NCBI GenBank assembly: GCA_948471205.1
Contig: CAOKRT010000001.1
Span: forward strand, 44,518 to 108,517
DNA from: an uncultured Oscillospiraceae bacterium
Lineage (GTDB): Bacteria > Bacillota > Clostridia > Oscillospirales > Acutalibacteraceae
Reading direction: 5' to 3'
Length of the DNA stretch: 64,000 nt
Below, piece after piece: positions 59,246 to 64,000 of the stretch. The notes below the pieces were generated by a model. It saw nothing but the letters and a program-made list of their open reading frames with translations, was not told the origin of the DNA and made no database searches. The position numbers and the translations under genes are program-made. Each line of letters begins with the position of its first letter. The stretch's first letter is position 1.

Positions 59246-61339
59246 ATGCCAAGAAAAGTATCTCTTGAAATGACAAGAAATATTGGTATTATGGCGCATA
59301 TCGATGCCGGTAAAACCACAACTACTGAGCGTATCCTTTATTACACAGGTAAAACGCATAAAATTGGTGAAACCCATGATGGTGCAGCTACTATGGACTG
59401 GATGGAGCAGGAGCAGGAAAGAGGTATTACAATCACTTCTGCCGCAACTACTTGCTTTTGGAAAGATCATAGAATCAATATTATTGATACACCCGGACAC
59501 GTTGACTTCACAGTAGAAGTGCAGCGTTCGCTTCGTGTACTTGACGGTTCTGTTACCGTTCTTTGTGCAAAAGGCGGCGTTGAACCTCAGTCTGAAACCG
59601 TATGGCGTCAGGCAGATGATTACCGTGTTCCGCGAATGATTTATGTTAATAAAATGGACATTATGGGAGCAGATTTCTTTAATGTTCTTAACATGGTAAA
59701 AGAAAGATTTAAATGTAATGCAGTTCCGATTCAGCTTCCTATCGGTGCAGAAGATACCTTCAGAGGTATTGTGGACCTTATCAATATGGATGCTGAAATC
59801 TATTATGACGATATGGGCAACGATGTTCGCCACGAGCCTATTCCGGAAGATATGATGGATCTTGCAACTGAATACCATGAGGCGCTCATTGAAGCTGTTG
59901 CAGAACAGGATGAAGCTCTTATGGAAAAATATTTTGAGGGTGAAGAGCTTTCGATAGACGAAATTAAAAAGACTATCAGAAAAGCTACCTGTGACGGTAA
60001 TATGGTTCCGATTACATGCGGAACATCTTACAGAAACAAGGGTGTTCAGCCTCTGCTTGACGCTATTGTTGCTTATATGCCTGCTCCGACAGACGTTGAA
60101 TCAATCAAGGGCGTTAACCCTGACACAGATGAAGAGGAATACCGTCATTCTTCAGATAACGAACCGTTCTCTGCGCTTGCTTTCAAGATTGCAACAGACC
60201 CGTTCGTTGGTAAAATCTGCTTCTTCCGTGTATATTCGGGCACACTGAATTCAGGCACACAGGTTTATAACTCTGTAAAGGGTCACAGAGAAAGAATGGG
60301 TCGTATTCTTCAGATGCATTCAAACCACAGAGAAGATATAGACTCTGTTTATGCAGGTGATATTGCTGCTGCTGTTGGTTTAAAGAATACCACTACAGGT
60401 GATACACTTTGTGATGAAGATCACCCAATCGTTCTTGAATCAATGAATTTCCCGGAACCTGTTATCCGTGTTGCTATTGAGCCGAAAACAAAGGCAGGCC
60501 AGGAAAAAATGGGTATTGCACTTGCAAAGCTTGCAGAAGAAGACCCGACATTCAAGGCTTATACTGATGAAGAAACCGGCCAGACCATTATTGCAGGTAT
60601 GGGTGAGCTTCATCTTGAAATTATTGTAGACCGTTTGCTTCGTGAATTTAAGGTTGAAGCAAATGTAGGCGCACCTCAGGTTGCTTATAAAGAAACCATT
60701 CAGCAGGAATCTATGTCTGATACGAAATATAAGCGTCAGTCAGGCGGTTCCGGTCAGTACGGTCATGTTAAAATCCGTATGTCACCGAACCTTGATGAAA
60801 ACGGCATCGGCAAGGGTTATGAATTTGTTAACTCTGTTGTCGGCGGTGCTATTCCGAAGGAATATATCCCGGCTGTTGATGCAGGTATCCAGGGCGCTAT
60901 GAAGAGCGGTGTTCTTGCCGGTTATCAGATGGTTGATATTAAGGTTGAGCTTTATGATGGATCATACCATGAGGTTGATTCATCTGAAATGGCATTCAAG
61001 ATTGCCGGTTCTATGGCATTCAAGGATGCAGCCAAGAAAGCAAATCCTGCAATTCTTGAGCCTATGATGAAAGTTACTGTTATTGTTCCTGAAGATTACA
61101 TGGGCGATGTTATCGGTGACCTTAACTCACGCCGCGGACAGATTCAGGGCATGGAAGACAGAACAGGTGCTAAGCAGATTAACTCACGTGTTCCGCTTTC
61201 AGAAATGTTCGGCTATGTAAATGACCTTCGTTCAAAAACACAGGGCCGCGGACAGTATACAATGGAACCGGACGGTTATGAACAGGTTCCAAAGTCTATT
61301 TCAGAGGGAATTATCTCTGAGAGAGCAAAAAAAGACTAA
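59246..61339 (+). CDS. fusA: elongation factor G
   Basis: Motifs [28 protein letters not shown] and NKMD. 697 aa. Confidence 0.97.
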   Translation: MPRKVSLEMTRNIGIMAHIDAGKTTTTERILYYTGKTHKIGETHDGAATMDWMEQEQERGITITSAATTCFWKDHRINIIDTPGHVDFTVEVQRSLRVLDGSVTVLCAKGGVEPQSETVWRQADDYRVPRMIYVNKMDIMGADFFNVLNMVKERFKCNAVPIQLPIGAEDTFRGIVDLINMDAEIYYDDMGNDVRHEPIPEDMMDLATEYHEALIEAVAEQDEALMEKYFEGEELSIDEIKKTIRKATCDGNMVPITCGTSYRNKGVQPLLDAIVAYMPAPTDVESIKGVNPDTDEEEYRHSSDNEPFSALAFKIATDPFVGKICFFRVYSGTLNSGTQVYNSVKGHRERMGRILQMHSNHREDIDSVYAGDIAAAVGLKNTTTGDTLCDEDHPIVLESMNFPEPVIRVAIEPKTKAGQEKMGIALAKLAEEDPTFKAYTDEETGQTIIAGMGELHLEIIVDRLLREFKVEANVGAPQVAYKETIQQESMSDTKYKRQSGGSGQYGHVKIRMSPNLDENGIGKGYEFVNSVVGGAIPKEYIPAVDAGIQGAMKSGVLAGYQMVDIKVELYDGSYHEVDSSEMAFKIAGSMAFKDAAKKANPAILEPMMKVTVIVPEDYMGDVIGDLNSRRGQIQGMEDRTGAKQINSRVPLSEMFGYVNDLRSKTQGRGQYTMEPDGYEQVPKSISEGIISERAKKD

Positions 61340-61364
61340 TTGTCTATAAAATTATTAAAAACAC

Positions 61365-61393
61365 TTGATATTTTGTGTTTGCTTTGTTAAAAT
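61365..61393 (+). promoter_or_regulatory. internal promoter in front of tuf
   Basis: TTGATA (61365-61370), a 17-nt spacer, then TAAAAT (61388-61393), in the 100-nt fusA-tuf spacer. Confidence 0.5.
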
Positions 61394-61439
61394 ATCATTG
61401 ACAATTTTACTATTGTAAATTTTAAGGAGGAAACCCCAA

Positions 61440-62636
61440 ATGGCTAAAGAAAAATTTAACCGTACCAAACCACATGTAAACATTGGTACAATCGGTCACG
61501 TTGACCATGGTAAGACAACTCTTACAGCAGCTATCACAAAGTACCTTGCTAACAAAGGTTATGCAAAGTTTGAAGATTATGCAGACATTGATAAGGCTCC
61601 TGAAGAGAGAGAGCGCGGTATCACAATCAACACAGCACACGTTGAATATGAAACAGATACCCGTCACTACGCTCACGTTGACTGCCCAGGACATGCTGAC
61701 TATATTAAGAACATGATTACCGGTGCTGCTCAGATGGACGGCGCTATCCTTGTAATCGCTTCAACAGATGGTCCCATGGCTCAGACAAAAGAGCACCTTC
61801 TTCTTGCTCGTCAGGTTGGCGTACCTTACATCGTTGTATTCATGAACAAGGTTGACCAGGTAGACGATGAAGAGCTCCTTGAACTTGTTGAAATGGAAAT
61901 CCGTGAAACTCTTGATGAGTATGAATTCCCGGGTGATGATACTCCTATCATCAAAGGTTCAGCTCTTAAAGCTCTTGAAGCTCCATCAAACGATGATCCT
62001 GCTTGTGCTTGCATTCAGGAACTTATGGATGCTGTTGACAGCTATATCCCAACACCGGACCGTAAGGCAGACCTTCCTTTCCTTATGCCTGTTGAAGATG
62101 TATTCACAATCACCGGTCGTGGTACTGTTGCTACAGGTCGTGTAGAGCGTGGACAGCTTAACATGGGTGAAGAAATCGAAATCGTTGGTCTTAAAGAAGA
62201 AATCGACAAGACTGTTTGCACAGGTATCGAAATGTTCCGTAAGCTTCTTGATTATGCTGAAGCAGGTGACAATATCGGTTGTCTTCTTCGTGGTGTTCAG
62301 AGATCAGATATTGAGCGTGGTCAGGTTCTTGCTAAGCCGGGTTCAATCAACCCACACACAAAATTTGCTGGTCAGGTATACGTATTAAGCAAGGATGAAG
62401 GCGGTCGTCATACTCCTTTCTTCAATAACTACCGTCCTCAGTTCTATTTCAGAACAACAGACGTTACAGGTGTTATTTCTCTTCCGGAAGGCACAGAGAT
62501 GTGTATGCCTGGCGATAACGTTACAATGAATGTTGAACTTATCACTCCTATCGCTATCGAAGAAGGTCTTCGTTTCGCTATCCGTGAAGGCGGCAGAACA
62601 GTAGGTTCAGGCGTTGTTACAGCTATTAACGAGTAA
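61440..62636 (+). CDS. tuf: elongation factor Tu
   Basis: Motifs [22 protein letters not shown] and NKVD. 398 aa. AAGGAGG Shine-Dalgarno. Confidence 0.98.
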   Translation: MAKEKFNRTKPHVNIGTIGHVDHGKTTLTAAITKYLANKGYAKFEDYADIDKAPEERERGITINTAHVEYETDTRHYAHVDCPGHADYIKNMITGAAQMDGAILVIASTDGPMAQTKEHLLLARQVGVPYIVVFMNKVDQVDDEELLELVEMEIRETLDEYEFPGDDTPIIKGSALKALEAPSNDDPACACIQELMDAVDSYIPTPDRKADLPFLMPVEDVFTITGRGTVATGRVERGQLNMGEEIEIVGLKEEIDKTVCTGIEMFRKLLDYAEAGDNIGCLLRGVQRSDIERGQVLAKPGSINPHTKFAGQVYVLSKDEGGRHTPFFNNYRPQFYFRTTDVTGVISLPEGTEMCMPGDNVTMNVELITPIAIEEGLRFAIREGGRTVGSGVVTAINE

Positions 62637-62656
62637 TTTTTAATTACAAATAAATT

Positions 62657-62682
62657 GAGCAGTCGAACGACTGCTCTTTTTT
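62657..62682 (+). terminator. intrinsic terminator after tuf
   Basis: GAGCAGTCG (62657-62665) pairs with CGACTGCTC (62668-62676), followed by TTTTTT (62677-62682). Confidence 0.8.
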
Positions 62683-62685
62683 GTT

Positions 62686-62892
62686 TTATTCGGTTTTTAA
62701 ACCAAGAATATAATCTGCTGATACATTGTAAAATTTGCATAGTGCAATTATGTGGCGCACAGGTATTTCATTATTTCCCGCTTCATATCTGGAATAAACC
62801 TGCTGTGTTATTCCAAGATAATCGGCAACCTGTTTTTGTGTCAGATCATAATCCTCACGTAAATCTCTTATAATTTCAATATATGTTTTCAT
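62686..62892 (-). CDS. XRE-family HTH transcriptional regulator (68 aa)
   Basis: IRDLREDYDLTQKQVADYLGITQQVYSRYEAG is a Cro/C1 HTH. Confidence 0.85.
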   Translation of the reverse strand: MKTYIEIIRDLREDYDLTQKQVADYLGITQQVYSRYEAGNNEIPVRHIIALCKFYNVSADYILGLKTE

Positions 62893-62981
62893 AAAATCTT
62901 TCCAATATTTAATATAAAAAGATTTTACTATACACTAAATATAGTGTAAACTGATTAAACTTTTTATGCAGGAGGTTTATT

Positions 62982-64000
62982 ATGAAAACGCACACACGAA
63001 TTGTAAGCTTATTTTTATCATTGGTTATGTTATTCGGAATAACTGCGGGGATTGACTTGTCAACTTATGCCTTTGAATATTATACTGATTATACTTATGG
63101 AGATTTTACATATTATATTAAAGAGAATGACACAATTGTTCTAAAAAATATAATGGTTTAGATTGTATTGTAGAAACACCTTCGAAAATTAATGGATTTT
63201 CGATTTCTGAGTTATATTGGAATTGTTTTGAGGATTGTAATTTCATTAGAAAAATTGTTTATAAAAGCGGTTCAGTAATTCAAGCTGTCGGCAATTCAGC
63301 ATTTTTGAATTGTTCAAATTTAGAGGAAGTAATACTTAAAAAGCAAGTAGTTATAATTTTTCGAATGCTTTTAATAATTGTAAAAAATTAAAACAGCTTA
63401 CAATTATGAATCAAGAATGCGATATTGCTTACGGTTCAAAAATTCCAAATTCTACAATAATATATGGATATAAAGGTTCAACAGCAGAAGCGTATGTAGA
63501 AAATTGCGGCAATAAATTTGTTGCGCTTGACGGAAGTCAGCAAAACTTTCAGCACCTGCTGTAAAGTTGACCGTGAACACAAACGGCAGCTTCAAGATTT
63601 CATGGAATAAAGTTGCAGGAGCAGACAAGTATGAAATCTATGTGGATAACGGAAGCGGCTACAAGTTATTTCAAACGGTAACAGGAACGAATATTACCCA
63701 TACAGGTGGCAGTAGTACTGTATATTACAAGGTAAAGGCTATTGGGTCAAAAGCTGTTTCGGATTTCAGCAATGTTGTTATAGGATCGAAAACAGATGAA
63801 ACCTACAGCTACAATTCCATTGAGACAGGTCTTGTGGATACGGATTACGGAATCGTGTATGGCGCTGCTGTTATTAAAGAATATACAGGCACAGGCAGCG
63901 AAATTGTTCTTCCTTCAATTCTTTATACAGGTGATGCACCTTATCTGGTAACAGGAATTGAATCATGGGCGTTTGCCTATGTATCAACCTTGAAAAAAGT
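62982..64000 (+). pseudogene. BspA-like leucine-rich-repeat / FN3 surface protein gene with at least three frame disruptions, continues beyond the window
   Basis: GGAGG, then ATG 62982 and a signal peptide (MKTHTRIVSLFLSLVMLFGITAG). The reading frame breaks at TAG 63159-63161, just after an A6 run (63143-63148). LRR-type content continues in other frames: GLDCIVETPSKINGFSI..., then NAFNNCKKLKQLTI...GYKGSTAEAYVENCGNKFVALDG. An FN3-like segment (APAVKLTVNTNGSFKISWNKVAGADKYEIYVDNG) follows and runs to the window end. Confidence 0.65.

Noticed and set aside
59048-59878. 276-aa minus-strand ORF
   Set aside because: It is antisense to rpsG and fusA, which are unambiguous. Its Cys/Phe/Ile-rich composition is typical of a shadow ORF.
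1-64000. Search for CRISPR arrays, tandem repeats, IS elements, integrases, phage or defence-system genes, tRNA/rRNA genes
   Set aside because: I noticed no regularly spaced direct repeats, no transposase/recombinase-like or reverse-transcriptase-like ORFs, and no tRNA cloverleaf candidates in the intergenic regions. The repeated AACGGCA...TGCCGTT-type palindromes are ordinary intrinsic terminators with different sequences.

Overview
64-kb chromosomal window from a low-GC Gram-positive anaerobe. The Clostridia-like assignment is inferred from T-box control, a PerR plus reverse-rubrerythrin pair, the rpoBC-str gene order and AT-rich intergenic DNA. I saw no rRNA, tRNA, CRISPR array, transposase, integrase or phage genes.

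Layout, left to right:
1. A partial GPH sugar symporter.
2. A seven-gene trpEGDCFBA operon behind a consensus promoter and a Trp-specific T-box leader. It is followed by a P-loop kinase and an NSS-family Na+ symporter.
3. A LysR regulator, divergent from a small Cys-rich protein, a DUF3737 protein and a cupin.
4. Two AraC-controlled glycan loci. The first holds a GH36 alpha-galactosidase, a GPH symporter and a decayed glycosidase. The second holds a GH123/DUF4091-like protein, a membrane-anchored metallophosphoesterase and a GH16 lipoprotein.
5. An XRE regulator, divergent from an acidic small protein, a GxGYxYP-like lipoprotein and an M19 dipeptidase.
6. A minus-strand block: a PatB-type C-S lyase fused to a CxxC redoxin domain, an APC permease and an Fe-alcohol dehydrogenase. 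It is divergent from a C26 gamma-glutamyl hydrolase.
7. Cell-wall and redox housekeeping genes: a VanY-like peptidase, a third GPH symporter, a FAD/Rieske oxidoreductase, a transglutaminase-like protein, PerR with reverse rubrerythrin, an EEP nuclease/phosphatase, a metallophosphoesterase, an S11 DD-carboxypeptidase and an XRE regulator.
8. tatD-metG-hypothetical-nagB and an orphan family-5 solute-binding protein on the minus strand.
9. rpoB-rpoC-rpsL-rpsG-fusA-tuf.
10. An XRE gene and a frameshifted BspA-like LRR surface-protein pseudogene that runs off the right edge.

Most worth a second look:
- The C-S lyase-redoxin fusion. Its conserved N-terminus begins at an ATA codon behind a good Shine-Dalgarno sequence.
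- Its neighbourhood of gamma-glutamyl hydrolase, permease and M19 dipeptidase, which resembles a thiol-conjugate processing route.

All functional calls come from motif recognition in the translated ORFs. No database search was run.
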